Assembly: GCA_963701295.1 (NCBI GenBank)
Contig: OY969585.1
Location: 1,184,001 to 1,248,000 of the forward strand
Length of the DNA: 64,000 nucleotides
Origin: Ignavibacteriota bacterium
Lineage (GTDB): Bacteria; Bacteroidota; Ignavibacteria; UBA10030
Reading direction: 5' to 3'
The translations under genes were made by a program, and so were the position numbers. Of the stretch, positions 20,270 to 29,938 are shown piece after piece; position 1 is the stretch's first letter, and each line of letters opens with the position of its first letter. The notes below the pieces were generated by a model. That model worked only from the letters and a program-made list of their open reading frames with translations, did no database searches and was not told the DNA's origin.

Positions 20270-20943
20270 TCTGGCGTACTATTTTTATGTTCACATTATC
20301 TTCTCTCGTTTCATGTTCCACCGGATATTTGTCGCTTCGGAATAAGGACCGCATCGTTTTTTTTGGAGACTCTATTACACTGCTGGGAGTAAAACCTCAC
20401 GGATACATTACGCTCATCAAAGATTCACTCTCAAAGAAGTTTCCTTCCATCGAAATTATCGGTGCAGGTATTGGCGGAAACAAAGTGCCCGATCTTTTAG
20501 CAAGAATCGATACCGATGTCATCGCTAAGAACCCGACAATCGTCGTTATCTATATCGGCATCAACGATGTATGGCATTTTATTACACCCGGCCAAGTCGG
20601 TACACCGAAAGATGTGTATGAAGCAGGATTAGAAAAAATTATCGGTAAGATACAACAAACGGGTGCGCGTGTTATTCTCTGTACTCCATCCGTAGTTGGT
20701 GAAAAAAGGGATGGAACAAATCAACTGGATGCACAATTGGATGAATACTCTGGAATCAGCCGCCGCGTTGCGCAAAAAACTAAGATCGAACTCTGCGATT
20801 TACGTAACGCTTTTGTGAATTACCTCAAGATGCATAATCCTGATAATGCTGAACAAGGAATCTTGACAGCCGATAAAGCACACCTCAATGATGAAGGGAA
20901 CCGTCTTGTTGCTAAGGAATTACTTAAGGCACTCGGTCAATAA
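20266..20943 (+). CDS. SGNH/GDSL hydrolase lipoprotein
   Basis: Lipobox LVSC, FGDSIT, GIND, DxxH (DKAH). Confidence 0.9.
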   Translation: MIWRTIFMFTLSSLVSCSTGYLSLRNKDRIVFFGDSITLLGVKPHGYITLIKDSLSKKFPSIEIIGAGIGGNKVPDLLARIDTDVIAKNPTIVVIYIGINDVWHFITPGQVGTPKDVYEAGLEKIIGKIQQTGARVILCTPSVVGEKRDGTNQLDAQLDEYSGISRRVAQKTKIELCDLRNAFVNYLKMHNPDNAEQGILTADKAHLNDEGNRLVAKELLKALGQ

Positions 20944-21093
20944 TTGACCGGCGATAATGAGAAATTAGGTCATTTATAGAACTTTTCTGCTGTCAGGAAA
21001 TGCAAATTAACATAATTTTCCGATGATTTTGTGATTCATCCTCGAAACCTTCTGTCGATTCTCAATTCTTCCAATCCTTTTGTATATTAGTCT

Positions 21094-21945
21094 ATGAACA
21101 AAAAAGAGCTTGAAAATCTTCGCACTATCATTCATAGAGCACTTGAAGAAGATATCGGCAGCGGTGATATCACAACACTCAGCACAATTCCAGCAAAGTC
21201 TGTTCTGAATGGAACGTTCATCGCAAAAGAATCCGGAGTGGTCGCCGGATTAGAAGTAGTGCGCGAAACGTTACAATATCTCGACAAGCAGGTTTCGTTT
21301 TCTCAAAAAGTTACTGACGGCAAACATGTTTCCAAAGGAACTGTTCTTGCAATAGTGCGCGGAAAAGGACGCGCTTTACTAACAGCCGAGCGAACAGCAT
21401 TGAATTTTCTTCAGCGAATGTCCGGTATTGCTACACTCACCCGCGCATACGTCGATGCCGTCAAAAATACTAGTACAATCATTCTCGACACACGTAAAAC
21501 ATCTCCAGGCAATAGATTCCTCGATAAACAAGCGGTTCTCCTTGGTGGGGGAGCTAATCATCGATTTGGATTGTTTGATATGGTACTGATAAAGGACAAT
21601 CATATTGCCGCCGCTGGAGGAATCACTCAAGCGGTGACGCAAGTATGGGCAGCGGATACGATGAAACGATTTATCGAAGTTGAAGTGAAGAATCTTAATG
21701 AATTGCGGGAAGCGATTTCGCTGAAAGTCGATCGCATATTACTCGACAATATGGATATCAAAACGCTCTGTGAAGCAGTCCGTTTTACTGCCGGACGCAT
21801 TCCTCTGGAAGCATCCGGTAATATTACACTCAAGAATGTTGCCGCAGTCGCTGCAACTGGCGTCGATATGATTTCTATCGGTGTGCTGACACATTCGGTA
21901 CGAGCGCTGGATATTAGTTTTTTGATTCAGTCACCAAAGAAATAA
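21094..21945 (+). CDS. nadC: Nicotinate-nucleotide diphosphorylase (carboxylating)
   Basis: EDIGSGDIT, ERTALNF, DTRKT, LIKDNH, EVEV, LLDNM, EASG. Confidence 0.96.
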   Translation: MNKKELENLRTIIHRALEEDIGSGDITTLSTIPAKSVLNGTFIAKESGVVAGLEVVRETLQYLDKQVSFSQKVTDGKHVSKGTVLAIVRGKGRALLTAERTALNFLQRMSGIATLTRAYVDAVKNTSTIILDTRKTSPGNRFLDKQAVLLGGGANHRFGLFDMVLIKDNHIAAAGGITQAVTQVWAADTMKRFIEVEVKNLNELREAISLKVDRILLDNMDIKTLCEAVRFTAGRIPLEASGNITLKNVAAVAATGVDMISIGVLTHSVRALDISFLIQSPKK

Positions 21946-21950
21946 ATAGA

Positions 21951-23003
21951 ATGTTTGCGGAAGATATTTATCAAGATCTGAAAACAAAATTGCATGATGT
22001 CGTGCCGGACGTTGAGCTGCGATTAAAATCCGAACTCGCATTCCAAATCAATAAGCTCAAAGTCGAACGCAACGCAGTTATCCTTGGGCATAATTACATG
22101 GAACCGGCACTCTTCCATTCCATCCCCGATTATTCCGGGGACTCTCTTGAGTTAAGCCGGATTGCCTCTAAAACCAATAAAGATATTATCGTTTTCTGCG
22201 GTGTACGTTTTATGGCAGAGACAGCAAAAATCTTATCACCGCAAAAAACAGTTCTTATTCCGGCGAAAAAGGCCGGATGCTCGCTCGCAGATGGAATTAC
22301 AGCCGATGATGTTCGTCAGTTGAAAGCAAAGTATCCGGGCGTTCCGGTTGTTACATATATTAATACGAATGCGGAAGTGAAAGCAGAATCGGATATTTGC
22401 TGTACATTGAGCAATGCCATGGCGGTGGTTCAGTCGCTCAAGAACGAAACAGTTATTTTTCTTCCGGATGAATATCTTGCCCGCAATGTCGCACAGACAA
22501 CGGGAAGACATGTTATTTTTCCGACGTTGAGCGGAGGCAAACCGGACAGCGACACGCTTCTCGATAAACCAATCATCGGCTGGAAGGCGCGGTGCGAGGT
22601 GCATGAAAAATTCACTGTCGAAGATATCCAAAATATACGCAAGCAATTTTCTGATGTTATCATTCTCTCTCATCCTGAATGCAGTCCGGAAGTTGTTGCG
22701 GCATCGGATTTCTCCGGCAGTACCACACAGATGATTCGCCATGTCCAGCGCACGAATGCTGCACGCTATCTTTTGCTTACGGAGTGTTCGATGGGCGATA
22801 ACATCATGGTTGCCAATCCGGAAAAGAATATGCTTCGCTTGTGCAGTGTCCGATGTCCGCATATGAATGAGATTACATTAGAAGATACATTAGAAGCGCT
22901 GCGGCAAACGCGGTATGTTGTCGAAGTGCCGGAAGAGATCCGTGTGCGAGCACTGCGTGCGGTCGAGCGGATGTTAGAAATTATTCCATCGGCCGCAGAT
23001 TAA
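21951..23003 (+). CDS. nadA: Quinolinate synthase
   Basis: LGHNY, GDSL, FCGVRFMAE, AGCSLA, CEVH, HPEC, CPHM. Confidence 0.95.
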   Translation: MFAEDIYQDLKTKLHDVVPDVELRLKSELAFQINKLKVERNAVILGHNYMEPALFHSIPDYSGDSLELSRIASKTNKDIIVFCGVRFMAETAKILSPQKTVLIPAKKAGCSLADGITADDVRQLKAKYPGVPVVTYINTNAEVKAESDICCTLSNAMAVVQSLKNETVIFLPDEYLARNVAQTTGRHVIFPTLSGGKPDSDTLLDKPIIGWKARCEVHEKFTVEDIQNIRKQFSDVIILSHPECSPEVVAASDFSGSTTQMIRHVQRTNAARYLLLTECSMGDNIMVANPEKNMLRLCSVRCPHMNEITLEDTLEALRQTRYVVEVPEEIRVRALRAVERMLEIIPSAAD

Positions 23004-23068
23004 TTTTATTGGTTCGTCATTCCCACATGTTGTGAGTGGGATTGATGATTTTTTTTATAGGATAGGTT

Positions 23069-24637
23069 ATGCAAGAATATATCAAATGTGATGTGCTTAT
23101 TATCGGATGCGGGATTGCAGGCAGTATTGCCGCATTACAGCTTGCAGATGCCGGTGTTCATGTCGTTGTAGCGACACGCTCATCGAATCCCGAAGAATCC
23201 AATACCTACTATGCGCAAGGCGGAATAATATACGAAGGGGAAAGCGATTCACCGGAACTTCTCGCCAAAGACATTTTGCATGCCGGTGCTGGGTATTGCA
23301 ATCCGCAAGCAGTGGAGCTTCTTGCACAGGAAGCACCCAAACTCGTTCGCTCGCTTCTTCTGGAAAAACTTTCTATCCCCTTCGACCGAACAGCCGAAGA
23401 TAAACTCTCCCTCGTACTCGAAGGCGGACATAGTATCGCTCGCATTCTTCATGCGGCAGATTCCACCGGCAGCCTTATCGAACGGTACCTAATTCAGGCA
23501 CTGAAAGCAAAAGCGAATATTACATTATTAACCGATACAACAGCAGTAGACTTGCTTACTCCTGCTCACCATTCAGTGAACCGGCTGACGGTGTATGATC
23601 CACTCTCCTGCAACGGTGCGTTCCTCCTTAATCAAGCAACAGGGCACGTACAGCGGATATTTGCACGCACGACTATTCTGGCATCCGGCGGATTAGGGCA
23701 AGTTTTTCTCCGAACAACGAATCCGGCAGGAGCGCGAGGCGATGGATTGGCGATGGCGTATCGCGCCGGTGCCAGAGTTCTCAATTGCGAATTTATGCAG
23801 TTCCATCCGACGGCATTTTATCAACAAGGCGCGCCGTGTTTCCTCATTACCGAAGCAATGCGCGGAGCAGGTGCCAAACTATTGGATTCCGACGGCAATC
23901 TGTTTATGCAAAAATACGATCCCGAATGGAAAGATCTCGCACCGCGTGATGTTGTTGCCCGAAGCATTCATCAGGAAATGCTGACGAGCGGAACCACGCA
24001 CGTTTTTCTTGATATTGCATCGCATCTTCCGGAAAACGATATACGAGATCGCTTCCCTTTTATCTACGAAAAATGTCTTGAGTATGGTATCGATATTACG
24101 CACGAACCTATCCCGATTGTTCCGGCAGCACATTATTTTTGCGGAGGCGTGTGGGTCGATCTCTGGGGACGAACAACGCTCAATCATCTCTATGCCGTCG
24201 GCGAGGTTGCTTGTACAGGACTTCATGGCGCCAATCGGCTTGCAAGCACATCATTGCTGGAAGGTGTCGTTTGGGGTAATCGCGCCGCAGAACATATTCT
24301 CCATACTATGGAAGAACATCCAAAGCCGCGCATTGATGAAATTCCGCCGTGGATTGAAACAGGTACGGAGATACCAGATTCCGCACTCATCAGTCAGGAT
24401 ATGAGCGTCATCAAACATATTATGTGGAATTACACCGGACTCATTCGCACAACCGAACGTTTACAACGTGCCTTACGCGAACTGCGACATCTTGAATCCG
24501 AAATCGACCGCTTCTATCAAGCCGTCAAGTTGACAGACAGCATCATCGGATTGCGTAATGCAGTACGTGCTGCTATCATCATCACTATTGCGGCGTGGGA
24601 AAATAAAATGAGCGTCGGCTGTCATTATAGACAGTAA
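23069..24637 (+). CDS. nadB: L-aspartate oxidase
   Basis: GxGxAG, YAQGGI, EGGHS, QFHPT, LAPRD, GLHGANRLASTSL; lies in the nad operon. Confidence 0.95.
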   Translation: MQEYIKCDVLIIGCGIAGSIAALQLADAGVHVVVATRSSNPEESNTYYAQGGIIYEGESDSPELLAKDILHAGAGYCNPQAVELLAQEAPKLVRSLLLEKLSIPFDRTAEDKLSLVLEGGHSIARILHAADSTGSLIERYLIQALKAKANITLLTDTTAVDLLTPAHHSVNRLTVYDPLSCNGAFLLNQATGHVQRIFARTTILASGGLGQVFLRTTNPAGARGDGLAMAYRAGARVLNCEFMQFHPTAFYQQGAPCFLITEAMRGAGAKLLDSDGNLFMQKYDPEWKDLAPRDVVARSIHQEMLTSGTTHVFLDIASHLPENDIRDRFPFIYEKCLEYGIDITHEPIPIVPAAHYFCGGVWVDLWGRTTLNHLYAVGEVACTGLHGANRLASTSLLEGVVWGNRAAEHILHTMEEHPKPRIDEIPPWIETGTEIPDSALISQDMSVIKHIMWNYTGLIRTTERLQRALRELRHLESEIDRFYQAVKLTDSIIGLRNAVRAAIIITIAAWENKMSVGCHYRQ

Positions 24638-24674
24638 TGAAAATATAGGATGATGTGATTTGGTGATTTGGAGA

Positions 24675-24735
24675 TAGCCGCGGACTTTGTGTCCACGAAT
24701 TCATAGAAAAACCGCAAGCTGAAGCTTGCAATTAC
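24675..24735. repeat. REP-like palindrome doublet
   Basis: TAGCCGCGGACTTTGTGTCCACG ... CGCAAGCTGAAGCTTGCAATTAC after nadB; related to 6244-6266. Confidence 0.5.
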
Positions 24736-24839
24736 CAACCACACATCAACCTACGATACTTCTTTCCTTTTTTCCTATCTTTATTTAATACTGAATTTTC
24801 CTTATACTTTGTTCATTGTATTATTGAAAGGAACAAATA

Positions 24840-25802
24840 ATGTATAGGCCGCAGATCACGGTTGTGGATTGCACCATCCGCGACGGTGGATTGATGAATA
24901 AATCTCAGTTTACGTTGGATTGTGTGCAGGCAGTGTACAAGGCAATTTGCGAATCAGGTGTTCATATAGTGGAGCTGGGGTACCGAAACAGCCGGAAGAT
25001 GTTCGATCCGGAAAAATATGGCGCTTGGCGTTTCTGCGATGACGAGATGATCAAAAAAGTCGTAGGGGATAAAAAATACCCAGACACTAAGATCGCTGTT
25101 ATGATGGACGCGCATAAGAGCTCCATCGACGACCTGCTTCCCCAAGAAAAAAGTCTTGTGGATGTGGTTCGCTGTGCCACCTATGTAAAAGACATCGACA
25201 AATGTATCATGATCGTCAATGACGCCGTTGCAAAAGGATATGAGACTACCATCAATATTATGTCAATCTCTACAGCACCGGAGCGGGAACTGAATGAAGC
25301 ATTGCAGCAGATCAAGGAAGAGACCAAGATCAAAGCGTGCTACATTGTGGATAGTTTCGGCAATTTGTATTCCGAGGACATTGATTATTTTGTTTCCAAG
25401 TATCAAAAGATGCTGCCCGGTATCGAGGTTGGTGTCCATATGCACAACAATCAGCAGCTTGCATTTGCCAACACGATTGAAGGCATCATCCGCGGGGCAA
25501 ACTTTCTTGACGGCACGCTGTATGGATTTGGCCGCGGCGCAGGCAACTGCTGTCTTGAGCTTTTACTCGGTTTCCTCAAAAATCCTAAATTCAATATGCG
25601 CCCGCTCTTGGATGTCATCGCGTCTCACATTATTCCTCTACAGAAAGAAATTAATTGGGGATACTCCGTTCCCTATATGGTAACGGGCATTATGAACCGG
25701 CATCCCGATGAAGCCATTAAGCTGATGATGCTGCCGGAAAAGGATCCGGTAAGAAATAACTTCCGCGCGTTCTATGAAAGGATGTTGGATCCGGAACCAT
25801 AG
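24840..25802 (+). CDS. DRE-TIM (HMGL-like) aldolase-family protein
   Basis: DCTIRDGG, VELGY, DSFG, HMHNNQQLA, GRGAGN. Confidence 0.85.
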   Translation: MYRPQITVVDCTIRDGGLMNKSQFTLDCVQAVYKAICESGVHIVELGYRNSRKMFDPEKYGAWRFCDDEMIKKVVGDKKYPDTKIAVMMDAHKSSIDDLLPQEKSLVDVVRCATYVKDIDKCIMIVNDAVAKGYETTINIMSISTAPERELNEALQQIKEETKIKACYIVDSFGNLYSEDIDYFVSKYQKMLPGIEVGVHMHNNQQLAFANTIEGIIRGANFLDGTLYGFGRGAGNCCLELLLGFLKNPKFNMRPLLDVIASHIIPLQKEINWGYSVPYMVTGIMNRHPDEAIKLMMLPEKDPVRNNFRAFYERMLDPEP

Positions 25803-25819
25803 AGAAGAAAGCTTATCCA

Positions 25820-25855
25820 AAGAAAGGCGATCGAAACCGTCGCCTTTCTTATTTC
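25820..25855 (+). terminator. Intrinsic terminator
   Basis: Stem AAGAAAGGCGA / TCGCCTTTCTT followed by ATTTC. Confidence 0.75.
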
Positions 25856-26017
25856 TGTCGATTTCGTGGGCGACAATAAAATAGTGGTAAGTCATTCTCT
25901 GGCAAGCGAGAATCAAGAACTCGATAATCTCAATCAATGCAAAGAAAAGTCATTGCCCCGAAAGAGCCTTTTCAAAACGAGGCGCATTCTAAGGAGAAAT
26001 CTACAATGAAACTCATC

Positions 26018-26194
26018 GTCGCTTTCTTTGAGTGTGCAAAGAAAGCGACAGAAAGAAACACATGCGAAATCGAAATGTGTACTCCCGAGGAAGAACTCAG
26101 ATTCAGGATTTAACCAACAATACGATTAGGATATATAACTCGGATATAACAGTCATCACCTTGCCTTAACCCTGTTCACTGCTATCGATTTCGC
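26018..26194. other. Structured intergenic element (repeat or ncRNA candidate)
   Basis: Perfect 13-bp hairpin 26018-26049 and a long-range 10-bp pair 26064-26073 / 26185-26194. Confidence 0.45.
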
Positions 26195-26589
26195 TGGCAA
26201 AAGTAAAGATCAAAAAGTGAGTCATACCTGCAAACACCGGAATCTCAGTTGAGATTTCCACTTGCGTTTTAGAAATGCAATTGATAGATTACCCGCGTAT
26301 CTAAGAACGATGCAACGTCAAAGTATCCGAAGAAAGTGGGGAATTATTGAGAGTCATCGGAAAGTTTAACAACTATAACGCCAGAACCCATTCAATAAAT
26401 GCCAGGATTGATTGCAATATGCAAGCTAATCATAGTTTAGGGCACGCAATTTAATAGTGGCTATAAGAATATTATTCGTAACTAATTGAATTATCGGAGA
26501 TTAAAAAACTAAGCATACTCCTTGTTACCGCTGATCGAAATACGGTCAGGTAAAAATCAATTGTTTTACTAACAATAAGGAGCTATGCC

Positions 26590-27153
26590 ATGCGTACGAA
26601 TCATATAGCAGATCATATTTTGATCTGTGCAATGCTGTTATGTTCTCTTGCCTTTCTTATTGTATCGTGCAAGAAAGGCAATGTTGCCGATCCTCCTGCT
26701 GGGATTACAACACCATTCACAGGAATCACTGAGACTGACTCGACGGGTCCGATGCCAATTGGTAAAGTTGATCCTGATGATTGGAAATCATTAATGGATT
26801 GTTCTTCAAATCCAAGAATATTGCATGTCTCTTCAAATATAGAGTCCGTCAAGAATGATACTGTAATAGACCTGTTACCGACTTGTACAAAGATCTATCC
26901 TGTCTATCCTAATCCAGCTAGTAAAAGTTTTACAATATCTTTTTCTCTTAATGAACAGGATTCCGTTGTTATCACTCTTAATAGCACACCGACCAAGGTC
27001 GTTAAAGAAATACTCAAGCACCGATTAGCGACTGGATCATATGCTATCAATGTGAACGGATCAGATTTACAACCGGCAATTTATCGAGTATACATCTTCG
27101 TATTTCGCCAATCAGATGTACTTAGCTCTTATGGAGACGTACAAATAAATTAA
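26590..27153 (+). CDS. Hypothetical lipoprotein with T9SS-CTD-like Ig domain
   Basis: AGGAG RBS, lipobox IVSC, C-terminal VYPNPAS...ISFSL...GSY...IYRV. Confidence 0.75.
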   Translation: MRTNHIADHILICAMLLCSLAFLIVSCKKGNVADPPAGITTPFTGITETDSTGPMPIGKVDPDDWKSLMDCSSNPRILHVSSNIESVKNDTVIDLLPTCTKIYPVYPNPASKSFTISFSLNEQDSVVITLNSTPTKVVKEILKHRLATGSYAINVNGSDLQPAIYRVYIFVFRQSDVLSSYGDVQIN

Positions 27154-27237
27154 CAAGCCCTAGTAAAATTACAATACGCGGCTCGTGATTCATAGAGATG
27201 GAACGGAGCCGCGTAATAATTAAGAAACAAATGCGTG

Positions 27238-27417
27238 CCCTAACAAGCCGCTCAAGAGGCGCCTGTGGTGCTCACTCGGCTTGTCCGGAAGAATGCATCA
27301 TGCTGAGGGTGATAATAAATTGGGAAGTATCAATTTTGTCGAGTCGGGATTACTTGTCCGCCGGTTGTTTGGCGGAGCGGCCCGCCACGAAACTGGCGGG
27401 TAATCTTATAGTTAGAG
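27238..27417 (+). other. Degenerate attC-like recombination site
   Basis: Begins CCCTAACAAGCCGCTCAAG, ends GTTAGAG, contains internal hairpins; next gene starts 31 nt downstream. Confidence 0.45.
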
Positions 27418-27448
27418 TATGTTTTGAAATGCTGAAAGGATTTTGTTT

Positions 27449-27979
27449 ATGCCCACAGATGAAGAATTAAAATATCCCACCGGGAGATTTCAGTTCATAC
27501 AGCCAACACCTGATCTCCGAGCTAAATATATTCATCAGTTCAGATCCGCACCCGGTATTTTGTATGATGCTGTTAAGGATCTCAAAGAGAATCAACTTCT
27601 TAGCACGTACCGTCCTGGCGGATGGACTCTTGCTCAGGTTGTGCATCATCTAGCTGAGTCGGACGTAAATGCCTACCCTCGATTAAAGTACGCCCTAACT
27701 CAGGATGTACCTGACGTGATGGTAGCTCAGCAAGGGTTGTGGGCTGAGCTGTCTGATGCAAAATCTCCGAATATTAGTTTATCTCTGACTCTTTTCGAGG
27801 CCATCCGTCATCGATGGGCAGATGCATTCGATTCGCTAAACCCCGAAGATTTTACTAGACAATGGCGACACAACCGGTACGGTCTTTTGACAATCGATGC
27901 CTTGCTTCAACAGTATACATGGCATGCCCAACATCATTCTGCTCAAATAAGCGAGCATCGCAAGAGGATGGGTTGGTAG
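27449..27979 (+). CDS. YfiT/BstA-like DinB-superfamily thiol transferase
   Basis: LKYPTGRF, YRPGGWTLAQVVHHLAES, YTWHAQHHSAQI. Confidence 0.88.
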   Translation: MPTDEELKYPTGRFQFIQPTPDLRAKYIHQFRSAPGILYDAVKDLKENQLLSTYRPGGWTLAQVVHHLAESDVNAYPRLKYALTQDVPDVMVAQQGLWAELSDAKSPNISLSLTLFEAIRHRWADAFDSLNPEDFTRQWRHNRYGLLTIDALLQQYTWHAQHHSAQISEHRKRMGW

Positions 27980-28016
27980 TGAGGCCATCATTTTCAGATA
28001 TTTTTTTACTCTTGTA

Positions 28017-28044
28017 TTCGGCAGCCTGAACAAGCGCTGCCGAA
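28017..28044. terminator. Hairpin between convergent genes (probable minus-strand or bidirectional terminator)
   Basis: 9-bp stem TTCGGCAGC / GCTGCCGAA. Confidence 0.55.
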
Positions 28045-28073
28045 GAATAAACAAGAAGATTGAATAGTGTAAG

Positions 28074-28580
28074 CTACCATTTCCCGTTTTTAATAATAAT
28101 CTCTGCGATCTTTTTTAGCTGTTCCTGCGTGAGAATCGGTTTCATTGTTTTAAAGTCGAGGGATGTTGAGATCGTCACCCAGTGCGTTCCCTTCCGCACC
28201 GAAAGATAATACGGCACCATCTAGGGTGGACCATCGTATGCTTCATCGCCGACTCCTTTCACCGGACTATTATAGACACTCTTGAATGAGCTCGATTGTT
28301 TGGTTTGAGCGAACGCTTTCAGATCGACAATTTCAAATACGACACTTAAGAGTCTTTTTCCATCCGGCTTTACAAAATTCAGATCACCGATCATGTGTTT
28401 ACTTGGATCCTTAGGAGCGGTCTTAAGGCCCTGGATACCTGTTATCTTTGCCACATCGGCAACAGACAACAATTTATCATTCGGTGAATCTGCAGCAAAC
28501 AGAGACACGCCTGAAATACTTATGATGAATATTGCCAGTAGCCATACCGTGCTGAAATTTTTAAGTAGAGATTTCTTCAT
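28074..28580 (-). pseudogene. Exported hypothetical protein interrupted by an in-frame TAG
   Basis: ATG at 28580 with GGAAGG RBS and a signal peptide; TAG at 28223-28221, after which the same frame continues 48 sense codons (MVPYYLSVRKG...QEQLKKIAEIIIKNGKW) to TAG at 28074. Confidence 0.65.
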
Positions 28581-28717
28581 AACACCTTCCTTTTTAATAA
28601 GTTTTTTAGACGATGAGTACAAGAAAATGAAAATCTTGAACCATTATAGACAAACAAAATCTACCACTATTACACTGCAATTACAATTGCATTATTCCAG
28701 AAGAGACCGTTCACACA

Positions 28718-29644
28718 TCAGTAAAGGATCCGTTGTTCACCGACCTCTAGCCCTACAATTCGGCCGGAAATCCCTTTGTCCGCTGCAGCCGCTCGAAGCT
28801 GATCAAGCGGACCCTGTGGGTTTGCGGTAGATCCAAAGAGCATTGTGCCGAAATGGATCGGCATCATGTATGTCGCTCCCACATCCTTGAAAATTTCCAG
28901 CGCACCCAGCGGGTTTGCATGCACCTGCGACCCAAAGCCGCTTCCTGAACTCGGGGCAATAGGAATAATTGCCAAGTCAATATTGAAACGACAGCCAATT
29001 TCTTTAAAGAGTTCGGAATTGTAACCGGTATCTCCCGCAAAGAAAACAGCAATTCCTCTGTATTCGATAACATACCCGGTGTACCCGCGTTCTCCCATCC
29101 ATCCGCGGTCAATACTGTACCGGCCGTTGAAATGCTGTACCGGAATCGCCGTGATGCAGACGCTGTCGCTCTCGATTACATCCCATGGTTTCATCTCTTC
29201 AACTTCCTGAAAACCAAAATCCGGAACATACTCTGCAAGCCCATCAGGGAAAACCAGCATTCCGTTCTTCGGAAGCATATCGAGACTGCCATAACTGAGA
29301 TGATCGAGATGCATATGCGAAATAAGTGTGAAATCTACTTTTGTAAGGAGAGTCGGATCGAGTCCGGGTTTGACAGCACGCTTGACAACCATACCGATTG
29401 TGTTTGTAAAAAGTGGATCGGTAATAAAAATCTTGTCGTAAATCTGGATGAGCGCAGTTGCATGCCCGACCCACGACACAGCCAGCTTCACATTTTGAAG
29501 TACCGGTGTTGTGATCATATGCGGGGCAGGCGGGATCGGCTCGCCGATTCTTGTGAGCGACTGCCATATTGTGCGCTGGATATATGAACTACAGCCGCTC
29601 AGCACGAAGACGAGCGATACAAGAGTGAAATGCCGATACTTCAT
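28718..29644 (-). CDS. MBL-fold metallo-hydrolase lipoprotein (NAPE-PLD/UlaG-like)
   Basis: Lipobox LSGC, WVGHAT, TDP, SHMHLDH, FAGDTG, PIHFG. Confidence 0.9.
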   Translation of the reverse strand: MKYRHFTLVSLVFVLSGCSSYIQRTIWQSLTRIGEPIPPAPHMITTPVLQNVKLAVSWVGHATALIQIYDKIFITDPLFTNTIGMVVKRAVKPGLDPTLLTKVDFTLISHMHLDHLSYGSLDMLPKNGMLVFPDGLAEYVPDFGFQEVEEMKPWDVIESDSVCITAIPVQHFNGRYSIDRGWMGERGYTGYVIEYRGIAVFFAGDTGYNSELFKEIGCRFNIDLAIIPIAPSSGSGFGSQVHANPLGALEIFKDVGATYMMPIHFGTMLFGSTANPQGPLDQLRAAAADKGISGRIVGLEVGEQRILY

Positions 29645-29775
29645 TAAAAGAAAATACGGAATTCATGCAAACTAATCCATTCGAATCCTGTTGACAGTCT
29701 GAAGTTCATATTATCTAACAATGTATGCTGTTTGATTGTCTTCATATAAAAAATTATATTGGTGCATAATTTATT

Positions 29776-29847
<72 letters not shown>

Positions 29848-29938
29848 CATCAGGCATGGTTGCACGCATGTGTCAGAAGTGATTTAAGTAAATGTTCCCT
29901 AAATCCAAACATTCACCAACAAACCAAAAGGAGAAGTC

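Noticed and set aside
27198-27470. 90-aa ORF
   Set aside because: Overlies the palindromic attC-like element and has no protein-like motifs
28221-28223. Pyrrolysine or genome-wide amber recoding
   Set aside because: TAG terminates several conserved genes here (for example dinB, queF, moxR) at their expected ends
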